A stretch of DNA of 64,000 bases from Campylobacterales bacterium (GCA_027082175.1 JALWIX010000013.1:5405-69404); one strand, 5' to 3'; shown: positions 1 to 10,764, counted from the first letter of the stretch. The notes: generated from the sequence alone by a model not told the origin. Made by a program: numbers and translations.

Positions 1-1
1 A

Positions 2-826
2 GCTCTTGTTATGGGAGCAAGCACCGAAAATCCTTATTTTGCTTTAACAAATGCGATAAGATCAAGAAGTTTTGTTTTTGAGTTTATGCCTTTAACAAAA
101 AAAGAGATGGAAATGATTTTAAAAAAAGCTGAACAAGAGATTGAGTTTCATATAAGTGATGATGCTAAAGAGTATCTTATAAGATCAAGCGTTAATGACG
201 CAAGAAGTATGCTCAATCTTTTAGAGACTGCTCTAAATATAACACAAGACATAGACCTTGATACTCTTAAATCTTTAAGACCTGTCTCCGCTATAAAAGG
301 CACTTCATCCAAAGAGGAACATTACTCTTTGATAAGCGCTCTTATAAAAAGCGTTAGAGGAAGCGATATCGATGCGGCTATATATTATCTTGCCCGTTTG
401 GTGAGCGAAGGAGAACCTCCAGAGTTTATAGCCAGAAGACTTGTTATACTTGCCAGCGAAGATATAGGAAACGCGAATCCAAATGCGCTTACTATAGCTG
501 TTAGTACTTTAACCGCCGTTAGAAACATAGGGTATCCCGAAGCAAAGATAATCTTGTCTCAATGTATTATATATCTTGCTTCAAGCCCAAAATCAAATGC
601 AGCCTACGAAGCAATAAAAAAAGCCACTAAAGCTGTGGCAAACGGAGAGATTCTTGAAATTCCTTCACACTTAAAATCGCCCTCTCCTAAAAGTTATCTT
701 TATCCTCACGATTTTGGAGGATATGTAAAACAAATCTATTTAACAAAACCGCTTAAATTCTATAAATCAAACGGTATAGGTTTTGAAAAAACTTTAAACG
801 AATGGATAAAAAAAATAAAAAAATAG
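2..826 (+). CDS. rarA: Replication-associated recombination protein A (RarA/MgsA AAA+ ATPase), 5'-truncated by the window edge
   Basis: GASTENPYF, SALIKSVRGSDIDAAIYYLARL, ARRLVILASEDIGNA and YLYPHD motifs; frame is open back to position 2. Confidence 0.93.
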   Translation, partial: ALVMGASTENPYFALTNAIRSRSFVFEFMPLTKKEMEMILKKAEQEIEFHISDDAKEYLIRSSVNDARSMLNLLETALNITQDIDLDTLKSLRPVSAIKGTSSKEEHYSLISALIKSVRGSDIDAAIYYLARLVSEGEPPEFIARRLVILASEDIGNANPNALTIAVSTLTAVRNIGYPEAKIILSQCIIYLASSPKSNAAYEAIKKATKAVANGEILEIPSHLKSPSPKSYLYPHDFGGYVKQIYLTKPLKFYKSNGIGFEKTLNEWIKKIKK

Positions 827-829
827 TTT

Positions 830-1315
830 CTAAACTCTACTCCACCCATGAAGTTTTTTACCTATAAAAACCACTCTTTTCTCCTCGAGCGAAGTATCGT
901 TAACGGCTACATAGTTGCATCTCTCCAAAAGAGTTTTAATCTCGTCTCTTTTTTCAACGTCTACAGGCAAAACAATATTCGCCGCATTTTTCATAATTCT
1001 GTAAGTTTTCCTTAGGAACTCTTCAATATTGTTTAAAGAGTCAATATCAAGATTTACAAAGACAGTATCGTACATGATTGAACGAAGATTATATTTATCT
1101 CTATTTTCAGTTATATATCTTACTTTTATATCTTCATCCTCTAGACTTTTTAGTTTTTCAAAAAGCTTCTCTTCAAATGTCACTATTTGTAGTTCAAACT
1201 CTCTTGCCTTAGCAAAATCGGCCAATCTTTTAGCGCTTTCATAATTGTCGCTAAACTGATACACCCTAACGCCCGGTAATTTTGGAATAATCTCAAAAAA
1301 CTCTTCTATCTTCAT
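830..1315 (-). CDS. Hypothetical protein, possibly a degenerate SAM-methyltransferase-like fold
   Basis: ATG at 1315 follows a GGAGGAG RBS and overlaps the pgeF stop (ATGA); YDTVFV...LRKTYRIMKNAANIV resembles methyltransferase motifs. Confidence 0.55.
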   Translation of the reverse strand: MKIEEFFEIIPKLPGVRVYQFSDNYESAKRLADFAKAREFELQIVTFEEKLFEKLKSLEDEDIKVRYITENRDKYNLRSIMYDTVFVNLDIDSLNNIEEFLRKTYRIMKNAANIVLPVDVEKRDEIKTLLERCNYVAVNDTSLEEKRVVFIGKKLHGWSRV

Positions 1316-2007
1316 CTCTCCTCCCTCCATATGACTCCTACAAACCTACCGGTTTGTTTTTCTCTTCTATATGAGAAATATTTTTGGCTGCAGCATGTGC
1401 AAATAGCGCTTATCGCTATATTTTCTTCCCTCAATCCCAATCTAATCAACGAATCTCTATTTATAGAAGAAATATCAAGATATCTTTTATCTTTTAAATA
1501 TTTCTCTCCATATTTTTTCAAAACGATATCAACAATCTCATCGCCAACCTCATAACAGCAACTTTTGATCGAAGGTCCAAAAATAGCTTTAATGTTTTGG
1601 ACATTACAACCGAAAGTTTGAACCATTTTATCAGCACATTTTTTAGCTATATCTAAAAAAGTACCTTTTCTACCGCTATGAATGGCGGCAATGACACCTT
1701 TTTTCTCATCAAACATCAAAATAGGGATACAATCAGCCACCATTACGCATAAAGCTATATCCTCTCTATCGGTTACAAGGGCATCGCATATATATCTTTT
1801 TTTATCATACTCTACTATCTCTATTTTATCGGAGTGAATCTGCTCCATAAATATTAGCTCTTTTCCCCCTACTCTTTTTCTTAGAATCTCTCTGTTTTTC
1901 AAAACATCATTTTTATTGTCTCCAACATGCAAAGCAAGATTGAAACTCTCATAAAATTCTTTGCTAACTCCTCCGTATCTATCGGTAAAAAGATAGTTTG
2001 CTTTCAA
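1312..2007 (-). CDS. pgeF: Peptidoglycan editing factor PgeF (YfiH family)
   Basis: FNLALHVGD, QIHSD, VADCIPIL, HSGRKG, GPSIKSCCYEVG and FSYRRE motifs. Confidence 0.9.
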   Translation of the reverse strand: MKANYLFTDRYGGVSKEFYESFNLALHVGDNKNDVLKNREILRKRVGGKELIFMEQIHSDKIEIVEYDKKRYICDALVTDREDIALCVMVADCIPILMFDEKKGVIAAIHSGRKGTFLDIAKKCADKMVQTFGCNVQNIKAIFGPSIKSCCYEVGDEIVDIVLKKYGEKYLKDKRYLDISSINRDSLIRLGLREENIAISAICTCCSQKYFSYRREKQTGRFVGVIWREER

Positions 2008-2064
2008 ATTAATCCTTTAATTTATATAATTTTGATATTAGATATATTTTGGATATAGTAAACA

Positions 2065-2126
2065 AGTATGTTGGTATATTTGTGTATCGGTTTTTCTATC
2101 TTTTCCCCAATACGCTAATATACCCA
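2065..2126. repeat. Intergenic imperfect palindrome with octamer-periodic arms (TATTGGTA/TACCAATA family), copy 1
   Basis: Left arm gtatgttggtatatttgtgtatcgg matches the reverse complement of the 6395-6419 arm at 21/25 positions. Confidence 0.6.
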
Positions 2127-2153
2127 CCTCCTTACTTCAAAAATCTACTAAAT

Positions 2154-2597
2154 CTATAAAATTTTCGAATCGACTATAAAAGTTACAGGTCCGTCATTAA
2201 CTATTTCAACCTCCATCATAGCGCCAAAAACCCCTTTTTTTACCTCCGCCTCTTTTCCAATCTCATCACAAAATCTCTCATAAAGTTTTTCAGCGTCATC
2301 TGGAGCCATAGCGGAATCAAAACTAGGTCTTCTTCCTTTTTTTACGCTTCCTGCTAAAGTAAACTGAGAAACCACTAAAACTTCTGCGCCAATATCCTTT
2401 AAACTCAAATTCATTTTACCTTTTTCGTCGGCAAAGATTCTTAGATTTAAAACTTTTTTTGCAAGCTTTTCTATATCTTTCTCACTATCATCTTTAAAAA
2501 CTCCAAGAAGTATGTTCAACCCCCGCCCTATTTCACTTATCAATTTTCCATCAACTTTTACACTACTTCGTTTAACTCTTTGGATCAACGCAATCAT
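2154..2597 (-). CDS. dtd: D-aminoacyl-tRNA deacylase
   Basis: MIALIQRV start after an AAGGAG RBS; SQFTL, GRRPSF and NDGPVT motifs. Confidence 0.96.
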   Translation of the reverse strand: MIALIQRVKRSSVKVDGKLISEIGRGLNILLGVFKDDSEKDIEKLAKKVLNLRIFADEKGKMNLSLKDIGAEVLVVSQFTLAGSVKKGRRPSFDSAMAPDDAEKLYERFCDEIGKEAEVKKGVFGAMMEVEIVNDGPVTFIVDSKIL

Positions 2598-2662
2598 AGC
2601 TCTCCTTGACATAGAAGATTAATTTAACTATATTATATCTAAGCTTGCTTTAAGGAGGCAAA

Positions 2663-3283
2663 ATGGTTTTTAGAGACAGATTTGAGGCAGCCGAACTTCT
2701 TGCCGAGAAACTAAAAGATTACATAGACGAAAAAAGCGTAGTTGTGGCTCTTCCACGAGGAGGAGTTCCATTGGCTTTTGTTATTTCCAAAAAGTATCAA
2801 ATCCCTATGGATATATATTTTGTTAAAAAGATTCCTAGTCCCTACAACCCGGAAGCGGCAATAGGAGCTATTAGCGAAGATGGAGATATCTTCACAGACG
2901 AAAAAGCTAAACTTATGCTAAATGTTGCGGATCAATATATAGATGAGCTTGCACAAAAGAAAAAAGAGGAGATGAGAGCAAAAAGAAAGCTCTATAAAAA
3001 AGAGAAAACAGATTTAAAAGGTAAAAATGTTATTTTGGTAGATGACGGTATAGCTACTGGAGCAAGTATGTTTGTAGCGGCAAAATCGATAAAAAATATG
3101 GGAGCGGAAAGAGTCATCATAGCATCTGCGGTAGCGCCTCCAGAAGTTGTCACAAAACTGAAAAAGGTTGCCGATGAGGTAGTTTTGCTTCAAACGCCAC
3201 CAGATTTTATAGCGGTAGGGCAATTTTATCAAGATTTTCATCAATTGAGCGATGACGAGGTAATTGAACTTTTAAGCTTATAG
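2663..3283 (+). CDS. Phosphoribosyltransferase family protein
   Basis: FRDRFEAA, LPRGGVP and VILVDDGIATGASM (PRPP-binding) motifs. Confidence 0.88.
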   Translation: MVFRDRFEAAELLAEKLKDYIDEKSVVVALPRGGVPLAFVISKKYQIPMDIYFVKKIPSPYNPEAAIGAISEDGDIFTDEKAKLMLNVADQYIDELAQKKKEEMRAKRKLYKKEKTDLKGKNVILVDDGIATGASMFVAAKSIKNMGAERVIIASAVAPPEVVTKLKKVADEVVLLQTPPDFIAVGQFYQDFHQLSDDEVIELLSL

Positions 3284-4018
3284 CCGTATTAAAAGGCTTA
3301 AAATCCCGAAATACTCATGCAGCGCCAAATAGGAGTTTTTAAAATTTTTCATCTTAGGGAAAAAAGACCAAAAATCTATCTGCATTTTTGAGCTCTTATA
3401 ATCTGTTTTAGAAGCGGTGACTTTAAAACCAAAATATTTAAAAAGCATATACGCCCGCGGCATATGGTATGCGGAAGTTACAAGATAGATAGAGACTCTT
3501 TTGTTTCTCTTTTTGAAAAGATTATATACATATTTTGCATTTTGATATGTATCTTTACTCAAAGCTTCTATATAGTAGGTTTTCGGCGTAAAATCTTTTG
3601 AATAACGATATCCAAGCCCAAATCCTTCGTTTATCTCTTCGATAACTCTTTTTGCTCTATCGCTCTCTATTCCGCTATAAATTAGTGGGAGATTTTTACG
3701 ATTTGAAAGCATTAAGCCCCAAAGCACTCTCTTCGTTCCATCGCTGCTTAAAGGGAGATTTTTTGCTCCTTTTACCTCCCCTCCTCCCAAAACAACAACC
3801 GCAACTGGATCGGAAGCTTTTGGAAAACTTTTATACTCAAGAGGCTTTAAAAGTAGATTAGGCGCAAAATCGGTAGATAAAAACCAAAAAAATGAAGCTA
3901 AAACAAAAAGCGTTTTTTTAAATTTTTTTGCAAAAAAAGAGGCGGCAAATAGTGCCGCTATAAATATTCCAGGAGGTAGTATCAGATATGTAAATAGTTT
4001 TGAGATAAAATATATCAT
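3278..4018 (-). CDS. YdcF/DUF218 family membrane protein
   Basis: N-terminal TM segments; VVVLGGG, SKDTYQNA, LVTSAYHMPRA and ALHEYFG motifs. Confidence 0.88.
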   Translation of the reverse strand: MIYFISKLFTYLILPPGIFIAALFAASFFAKKFKKTLFVLASFFWFLSTDFAPNLLLKPLEYKSFPKASDPVAVVVLGGGEVKGAKNLPLSSDGTKRVLWGLMLSNRKNLPLIYSGIESDRAKRVIEEINEGFGLGYRYSKDFTPKTYYIEALSKDTYQNAKYVYNLFKKRNKRVSIYLVTSAYHMPRAYMLFKYFGFKVTASKTDYKSSKMQIDFWSFFPKMKNFKNSYLALHEYFGILSLLIRL

Positions 4019-5010
4019 TCTATGATATAGACGCCCTTTTCACCCTCTATCAATTCGCCTAAAATATACCCGTCCGTCTCTTTTAAAACATCATCTACCT
4101 TTTCAGACGAAACCACTAGTATCATACCAATACCCATATTGAAGGTTCTAAACATCTCCTCTTCATCTACATATTTTGAGATAAACTCAAAAATCTCCAA
4201 AGGCTCTATTTGGCTCTTTCTAATAACGGCTTTAACGTTATTTGGAAGGACTCTTGGCAAGTTTTCTACTATACCGCCGCCAGTTATATGCGCTAACGCT
4301 TTTACTTTATCTTTTACTTTTTTAAAAGTTTTGACATATATTTTTGTTGGTTCTAAAAGTACTTCTATCAAAGGTTTTCCGTTAAAATCATGCGAATAGC
4401 TCCACTTTAACTCTTCAAAAAAGAGTTTTCTAACCAAAGAAAAACCGTTTGAGTGAATACCGCTCGATTTAAGAGCTATCAAAACATCGCCCGCTCTTAC
4501 TCCCCTATTTTTTTGAAGTTCCTCTTTTTCTGCTATTCCTACGGCAAATCCTGCCAGATCAAAATCATCCTTTTGATACATTCCCGGCATCTCGGCAGTT
4601 TCACCGCCTATTAGAGCGCACTCACTCTCTTTGCATCCTTTTGCTATCCCTTTGATCACCTCTTTTGCCGCATCTACGTCAAGCTTCCCTGTTGCGTAAT
4701 AATCCAAAAAGAAAATAGGCTCTGCAAAAGAGCAGATAAGATCGTTTACGCACATAGCAACAAGATCAATACCTACCGTATCGTAGATTTTAGACTCGAT
4801 AGCAAGCTTTAGTTTTGTTCCTACACCGTCCGTTGCTCCAAGTAATACTGGATTTTTATATCCTGCAGGCAGAGCAAACGCTCCGGCAAAACCTCCAAGT
4901 CCGCCTATCACGTTTTCGTTAAAAGTCTCTTTCACAAAAGGCTTTATCTCTTCAACCAATCTACTTCCGGCGTCAATATCAACGCCGCTATCTTTATAAC
5001 TTATCTTCAT
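4015..5010 (-). CDS. purM: Phosphoribosylformylglycinamidine cyclo-ligase
   Basis: YKDSGVDIDAG, TDGVGTK, GGETAEMPG, HSNGFSL and HITGGG motifs. Confidence 0.97.
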   Translation of the reverse strand: MKISYKDSGVDIDAGSRLVEEIKPFVKETFNENVIGGLGGFAGAFALPAGYKNPVLLGATDGVGTKLKLAIESKIYDTVGIDLVAMCVNDLICSFAEPIFFLDYYATGKLDVDAAKEVIKGIAKGCKESECALIGGETAEMPGMYQKDDFDLAGFAVGIAEKEELQKNRGVRAGDVLIALKSSGIHSNGFSLVRKLFFEELKWSYSHDFNGKPLIEVLLEPTKIYVKTFKKVKDKVKALAHITGGGIVENLPRVLPNNVKAVIRKSQIEPLEIFEFISKYVDEEEMFRTFNMGIGMILVVSSEKVDDVLKETDGYILGELIEGEKGVYIIE

Positions 5011-5033
5011 CAATTTTCCTTAACTTTTAACTA

Positions 5034-5261
5034 TCAACTCTCATTATCTTCTTTTTTCTTATCCCAATCGCACTTTCCAAAAACTTTGTTAAAAAACCAA
5101 AGACTAGGACAAAAGTTTGTAAAGGCAAATATTATAATCATAACTATTATAAACGTCTGTAACGCGAATCCAATTTTCACAGTCTCAGGATTTGCCAATA
5201 ACCCCATAGATATTCCCAACATTATGGCCATTAATATTCTTTGCGCTTTATCTCCGCACAT
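5034..5261 (-). CDS. Small membrane protein, DUF2892/YgaP-like
   Basis: ATG after an AAAGGAG RBS; two hydrophobic helices followed by FCP. Confidence 0.6.
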   Translation of the reverse strand: MCGDKAQRILMAIMLGISMGLLANPETVKIGFALQTFIIVMIIIFAFTNFCPSLWFFNKVFGKCDWDKKKEDNES

Positions 5262-5507
5262 CGTTTCTCCTTTTATCAAAATTGCTTCAGTGAGAAAATA
5301 GATAAAGAATGAGGAATCTTAAAGTTTTTCTGATTCTAACTAAAAAGTTAAACTTGATTTTACATCTACTTGCAACTCAAAATAGTTATGCCATCCCTCT
5401 TTCTTAACCTAAATTATATCATCTAAGGGCTTAACTTTTTGTTTATTTAATAATCTTGTGATAAAATCAGACAAAAATTATCTAAAATAAACTATATGGG
5501 AGAAGAA

Positions 5508-6347
5508 ATGTGGTTTGAAGAGATTCATAACAACTTTTTTAAACAGGGTATAAAAGTAGAGAAGAAACTTTTTGAAACAGTAAGCAAATATCAAAAGATA
5601 GAGGTTTACGACTCAAAAGAGTTCGGAAAGATTTTGGTCATAGATGGACACGGTATGCTCTGCGAAAAAGATGAGTTTATATATCATGAAATGATGGCTC
5701 ATGTAGCAATCTGCACACATAAAGAGCCTAAAAAAGTTTTAATTATTGGAGGAGGCGACGGAGGAGTTGCAAAAGAGGTCTTAAGACATCCTGGTATAGA
5801 AGTGGATATGGTTGAGATTGATGAAGAGGTAGTAAAGATTTCAAAAGAGTTTTTTCCAAACATCGGAGACTGGGATAACGATAGACTAAATCTTATCATA
5901 GGCGACGGGATAGAGTTTGTAAGAGAAGCGAAAGATAAAAGCTACGATATCGTTTTAGTCGACTCTACCGATCCAGAAGGCCCGGCCGAGGGGCTTTTTA
6001 ATAAAACCTTCTACGCACACATTAATAGAATCTTAAAAGATGACGGACTTGTTGTGGCTCAAGGGGAGAGTTGGTGGATAGATATGCCTTTGCATAAAGA
6101 GATTATGGGAGTAATCGGCGAGTTTTTTAAGATAGTTATGCCATATAGATTTGAGATGTATATGTATCCTGGCTGTAACTGGAACTTTATTTTAGGAAGC
6201 AAATTTTATCATCCTACCGCAGATTTTATTTTGCAAAGAGCAGACCTTATCGATGGTCTTAGATATTACAACTCTGATATCCATAAAGCCTCTTTTATCT
6301 TGCCAAATTACGTAAAAAAAGAGCTCGGAGAACTTTATAAATGGTAA
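5508..6347 (+). CDS. speE: Polyamine aminopropyltransferase (spermidine synthase)
   Basis: SKYQKI, DEFIYHEM, VLIIGGGDGG, VEIDEEV and DSTDP motifs; start could alternatively be 5496. Confidence 0.95.
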   Translation: MWFEEIHNNFFKQGIKVEKKLFETVSKYQKIEVYDSKEFGKILVIDGHGMLCEKDEFIYHEMMAHVAICTHKEPKKVLIIGGGDGGVAKEVLRHPGIEVDMVEIDEEVVKISKEFFPNIGDWDNDRLNLIIGDGIEFVREAKDKSYDIVLVDSTDPEGPAEGLFNKTFYAHINRILKDDGLVVAQGESWWIDMPLHKEIMGVIGEFFKIVMPYRFEMYMYPGCNWNFILGSKFYHPTADFILQRADLIDGLRYYNSDIHKASFILPNYVKKELGELYKW

Positions 6348-6350
6348 AAA

Positions 6351-6420
6351 TTTAGTATATTGTGTATTGGCTTTTATATTTTTTCTAATATATACCAATA
6401 CACAAATACGCCAATATACA
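6351..6420. repeat. Octamer-armed intergenic palindrome, copy 2
   Basis: ttagtatattgtgtattgg ... ctaatatataccaatacacaaatacgccaatataca between speE and coaE. Confidence 0.6.
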
Positions 6421-6443
6421 AAAATATAATTTAAGGTATTTTA

Positions 6444-7058
6444 ATGGAAGCAAAACTTAAGCCTTTTGAGAATGCCATTGCTTTAACCGGCGGTATCGCA
6501 ACAGGCAAAAGTACCGTTTGTAATATTTTAAAACTTTACGGTTTTTCCATAATAGACGCCGATAAAATTGCGCATCAGGTCTTGGAAGAACAAAAGGAAA
6601 AAATTGCCGAAATTTTCGGTAAAGAGTATATAAAAAACGGGAAAGTTGATAGAAAGGCGCTAGGAAACCTTATATTTAACGAGCCAAAAGCAAAAAAGAG
6701 TTTAGAGGAGCTTCTGCATCCTCTTATAAAACAGAAAATCGAAACAGAGTCTTTAAAGCTTGAAAAGTATAAGGTGCCTTATATAGTCGATATTCCTCTA
6801 TTTTTTGAAACAAAAAACTATCCAATCAAAAAAGTCGCAGTAGTTTACGCTCCAAAAGAGATTCAGCTAAAAAGAGTCATAGAAAGGGAAGGATTTAGCG
6901 AAGATGAAGCGAAAAAGAGATTAAAGGCTCAGATGGATATAGAAAAGAAAAAAGAGTTGGCAACCTATGTTATAGACAATTCAAAAGATATTAAACATCT
7001 ACAAAAAGAGATAGAAGAATTCGTAGAAAAGGTAAAAAATGAATTTAGCCAAATATAG
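6444..7058 (+). CDS. coaE: Dephospho-CoA kinase
   Basis: LTGGIATGKS P-loop; IDADKIAH, LHPLI and DIPLFFE motifs. Confidence 0.96.
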   Translation: MEAKLKPFENAIALTGGIATGKSTVCNILKLYGFSIIDADKIAHQVLEEQKEKIAEIFGKEYIKNGKVDRKALGNLIFNEPKAKKSLEELLHPLIKQKIETESLKLEKYKVPYIVDIPLFFETKNYPIKKVAVVYAPKEIQLKRVIEREGFSEDEAKKRLKAQMDIEKKKELATYVIDNSKDIKHLQKEIEEFVEKVKNEFSQI

Positions 7059-7788
7059 CGCAAGCGGGAACGATTTTATTCTTTTTCATTCCTTTGTGGA
7101 AAAAGATAGGAGCAACCTTGCCGTAAAACTTTGCGATAGATTTAGAGGAGTAGGGGCGGACGGATTGATAGTTTTACTTCCATCTAACGAATTTGATTTT
7201 AAATGGCAGTTTTACAACTCTGACGGTAGTGAAGCTAGTATGTGCGGAAATGGGAGTAGAGCCGCTGCCCTATACGCATACGATTACGGATTAGCGCAGG
7301 AAAAGATGCGTTTTTTAACGAAAGCAGGCGTTATTGGCGCTACCGTTGAAGGAAGAGTGGTAGAGAGTAAATTAACCGATCCTATTATCAAAGAAAAAGA
7401 TATTAACAAATTTGGGAAAATATGGTGGCTTATAGATACGGGAGTACCACATCTTATAGCTTTTAGCGATAATTTAGAGGAGTTCAAGATAGATAAAACA
7501 AGAGAACTAAGAAAAATTTACAACGCAAACGTAAATTTGGCACAAGTTAAAGATGGTATAATATATATAAGAACATATGAAAGAGGCGTCGAAGATGAGA
7601 CGCTAGCCTGCGGAACGGGTATGGCCGCGGCATTTTACAGAGCCTTCCTAGAAAATATGGTTTCAAACGAAACAAAAGTTATTCCAAAGAGCAAAGAAGA
7701 ACTTACGCTAAGCTTCAAAGATAATTCACTCTTTTTAAAAGGCGCTGTAAAAAAAGTTTTTGAAACTTTTATAGAGGAGGTTTATTGA
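7039..7788 (+). CDS. dapF: Diaminopimelate epimerase
   Basis: GNDF, GADG, NSDGSEASMCGNG, TGVPH and ERGVEDETLACGTG motifs. Confidence 0.96.
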   Translation: MNLAKYSASGNDFILFHSFVEKDRSNLAVKLCDRFRGVGADGLIVLLPSNEFDFKWQFYNSDGSEASMCGNGSRAAALYAYDYGLAQEKMRFLTKAGVIGATVEGRVVESKLTDPIIKEKDINKFGKIWWLIDTGVPHLIAFSDNLEEFKIDKTRELRKIYNANVNLAQVKDGIIYIRTYERGVEDETLACGTGMAAAFYRAFLENMVSNETKVIPKSKEELTLSFKDNSLFLKGAVKKVFETFIEEVY

Positions 7789-8501
7789 AAAAGTTAGTTT
7801 TAGGCATAACCGGACTATTTATAACAGCTTCCATTTATGCGAACGAGTTTAAAAGCATTCCGAATTGGTATTATAAGATCAAAAATATTTCGGTACAAAA
7901 AGAGAAGTTTTTTGAGATTTTAAGACCGCTCGTAAAAAAAGAGAATCAAAAAATCGTAAAAGAGAGGGAGTTTGTTGAAAATTTTTTCAACGACTATTTC
8001 AAAATGCCTATTTTAGATAAAGAGAGACTAAAAAAATTGGTCTCTTTAGCTAAAAAATATAGAATAAAAAATATTTACGATAAAAAAGAGTATATGAAAA
8101 AAATAGATACAATCCCTGAATCTTTGGTGTTGGCTCAAGCGGCATTGGAGAGTGGATGGGGAAAAAGCAGATTTGCAAGAGAAGCAAATAACCTCTTTGG
8201 AGAGTGGACGTTTGGCAAAAGAGGCTTAATCCCTCAAAATAGAGAAGAAGGGAAAAAACATAAAATCAAAATATTTAACTCAATCTCAGACTCAATCGCC
8301 TCTTATATGTTAAATCTAAACAGACATGCGGCATACAAAGAGTTCAGAACCGCAAGATATCAAGCAAAAATTAATAACGTTCCCTTTACAGGATTAAAAG
8401 CCGCTATGACTATGCAAAGATATTCCGAAATAGGTAAAAAATATAACTTTTTGGTATCATCAATAATAAAAAGAAACAGATTGCATCTTCACGATCTATA
8501 A
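7785..8501 (+). CDS. Secreted glucosaminidase-domain (Bax-like) protein
   Basis: Signal peptide; AQAALESGWGKSRFAREANNLFG and YMLNLNRHAAY motifs. Confidence 0.85.
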   Translation: MKKLVLGITGLFITASIYANEFKSIPNWYYKIKNISVQKEKFFEILRPLVKKENQKIVKEREFVENFFNDYFKMPILDKERLKKLVSLAKKYRIKNIYDKKEYMKKIDTIPESLVLAQAALESGWGKSRFAREANNLFGEWTFGKRGLIPQNREEGKKHKIKIFNSISDSIASYMLNLNRHAAYKEFRTARYQAKINNVPFTGLKAAMTMQRYSEIGKKYNFLVSSIIKRNRLHLHDL

Positions 8502-8511
8502 TCTATAAATT

Positions 8512-9696
8512 ATGAAAAAAATAATCGTCGTTGGAGGAGGTTACGGAGGGTTAAGAGCCGTAGAAAAACTCTCCTCTTCCAACGCTTATGAGATTCTTTT
8601 GATAGATAAAAATAGATTTCATTATCTTCAAACGGAAACTTATAAGTTTCTTTCCGGAAGATTAAATGTCTGCGATATTACTTTTGATCTTGAAAGTTTT
8701 TGCGAATCTTTCAAAAATGTTAAATTTATCAACGATGAAGCTATCGACGTAGATAATAAAAAGAGTCTTTTAATATGCAAAAACGGGTTATATAGATATG
8801 ACTATCTTATAATCTCCGCAGGCGCGAAAGACTCTTTTCCAAAAAGCATAAAAAATCTAGAAAAATACTCCGTATCCATAAAAGATCTCCACAGCGCTTT
8901 TAGATTTAAGCAAAGATTTTTACAAAATCTATTTGATGAAGTTACCTCTTCGAAAAAGTTAGATATAGTAATCGGCGGGGCCGGACTTAGCGGAGTGGAA
9001 CTTGCAGCCGATTTTAAAAGCATATCAAAAGAGTGCGGCAGGGAAGTGGGCCAAAAAACTTTGATGAACGTCACATTGATTGAGGCTTCAGAGACTATTC
9101 TTCCGGGAAACGACGAGTATATTATCAAAGAGACGTACGATAGATTAAAAAAGTTAGGAATAAATATCCTGCTTAACGCTCCCATATTGGAAGTTACGGA
9201 AAATCAGATAATACTCAAAGACAAAAGAGTAGATTACGACAGCTTCATCTTTACCGGCGGTATAGAAGCGAGCGATTTTGTGAAAAACCTAAATTTTCCC
9301 AAAAACTCTAAAAACCAGCTAATAGTAAATAATCGTCTTCAAATAGACGAAAACATTTTCGCCATAGGCGATTGCGCCCAGATAATAAATAAAGAGGGCA
9401 ATATCTTACCCCCTACCGCCCAAATCGCCGAACAAAGCGCAGAATATGTAGCCAAAGTTATCAACGAAGAGACTACAAAAAGTTTTGAGGGCAGAATTTA
9501 CGGTATGTTTATCGCATTGGGAAAAGATTATGCAGTAGGACACATCGCAAATAAGATATTTTTAAAAGGAAGGTTGGCATATCTGGTCAAAATGGTTATT
9601 ACCAAAATATATTTATGGGGAATCAAGATAAAAGTTAACAGCGGTTACTTGAAAAGAAAAGATTATAAACCGGCCTCTTCTATCTTTAAAGCTTGA
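8512..9696 (+). CDS. NAD(P)/FAD-dependent oxidoreductase (type II NADH dehydrogenase-like)
   Basis: [23 protein letters not shown] and PPTAQIAEQ motifs. Confidence 0.88.
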   Translation: MKKIIVVGGGYGGLRAVEKLSSSNAYEILLIDKNRFHYLQTETYKFLSGRLNVCDITFDLESFCESFKNVKFINDEAIDVDNKKSLLICKNGLYRYDYLIISAGAKDSFPKSIKNLEKYSVSIKDLHSAFRFKQRFLQNLFDEVTSSKKLDIVIGGAGLSGVELAADFKSISKECGREVGQKTLMNVTLIEASETILPGNDEYIIKETYDRLKKLGINILLNAPILEVTENQIILKDKRVDYDSFIFTGGIEASDFVKNLNFPKNSKNQLIVNNRLQIDENIFAIGDCAQIINKEGNILPPTAQIAEQSAEYVAKVINEETTKSFEGRIYGMFIALGKDYAVGHIANKIFLKGRLAYLVKMVITKIYLWGIKIKVNSGYLKRKDYKPASSIFKA

Positions 9697-10730
9697 TAGT
9701 GAGCTATCAAAGGCTCTATTATCTGATCTAAATCTCCATTTTGCATAATCTCTTCAAGTTTATAAAGAGTAAGCCCGATTCTGTGATCCGTTATACGATT
9801 TTGCGGATAGTTGTAAGTTCTAATCCTTTCGCTTCTATCCCCGCTTCCGACTTGCGCTTTTCTTTCGCTGCTAAGAGCCTCTTGCTGCTCTCTCATCTTC
9901 TGCTCATAGATTCTGGCTTTAAGTATTTTTAGAGCCTTCTCTTTGTTTTTATGCTGACTCTTTTCATCCTGCATAGCCACAACTATCCCGGTTGGTATGT
10001 GAGTGATTCTAACTGCACTATCGGTTGTGTTTACCGACTGTCCGCCACATCCGCTAGAGCGGTAAACGTCTATCTTCAAATCGTTCGGATTTATCTCAAC
10101 ATCGACATCGTCAACTTCTGGCATTATAGCTACAGTAACGGCCGAAGTATGTATTCTCCCTTGAGATTCAGTAGCAGGAACTCTTTGAACTCTATGAGTT
10201 CCTGCTTCATATTTTAATCTGCTATAAACTCCCTGCCCTTTGATTTTGGCTATTAACTCTTTATATCCGCCGGTATCACTCTCGCTGGAGCTTACAATCT
10301 CTACTTTCCATCCCTTAGAGTCGGCATATCTTGCATACGCTTTGAAAATATCCGCAGCAAATAGCGCAGCCTCTTCTCCTCCGGTTCCAGCACGTATCTC
10401 AAGATAGATATCTTTATCGTCATTTGGATCTTTAGGGATGAGTAGTATTTTAATCTCTTCTTCTAGTTTCTCTTTCAGGGGCTCTAACTCTTTTAGTTCC
10501 TCTTTGGCAAGCTCTCCCAGCTCTTCATCTTCCAAAAGTGTTTTATTCTCTTCTATAGATTCAGTAACTTTAAAGTACTCTTTTGCTTTCTCTACAATAG
10601 GCTCAAGTTCAGACTGCTCTTTTGAGAGCTCAGTCATCTTTTTTATATCGCTAGTAATATCTGGAGAGCTTAAAAGAGCATTAATCTCTTCGTATCTTTT
10701 TATAAAGGGTTGGAGTTTCTCTTTTAGCAT
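9663..10730 (-). CDS. prfA: Peptide chain release factor 1
   Basis: [19 protein letters not shown] (PxT) and GGQ motifs. Confidence 0.97.
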   Translation of the reverse strand: MLKEKLQPFIKRYEEINALLSSPDITSDIKKMTELSKEQSELEPIVEKAKEYFKVTESIEENKTLLEDEELGELAKEELKELEPLKEKLEEEIKILLIPKDPNDDKDIYLEIRAGTGGEEAALFAADIFKAYARYADSKGWKVEIVSSSESDTGGYKELIAKIKGQGVYSRLKYEAGTHRVQRVPATESQGRIHTSAVTVAIMPEVDDVDVEINPNDLKIDVYRSSGCGGQSVNTTDSAVRITHIPTGIVVAMQDEKSQHKNKEKALKILKARIYEQKMREQQEALSSERKAQVGSGDRSERIRTYNYPQNRITDHRIGLTLYKLEEIMQNGDLDQIIEPLIAHYQALKIEEAGL

Positions 10731-10764
10731 ATTTTTATTTTAATTTTAGGTTTTTTAATAGCGA

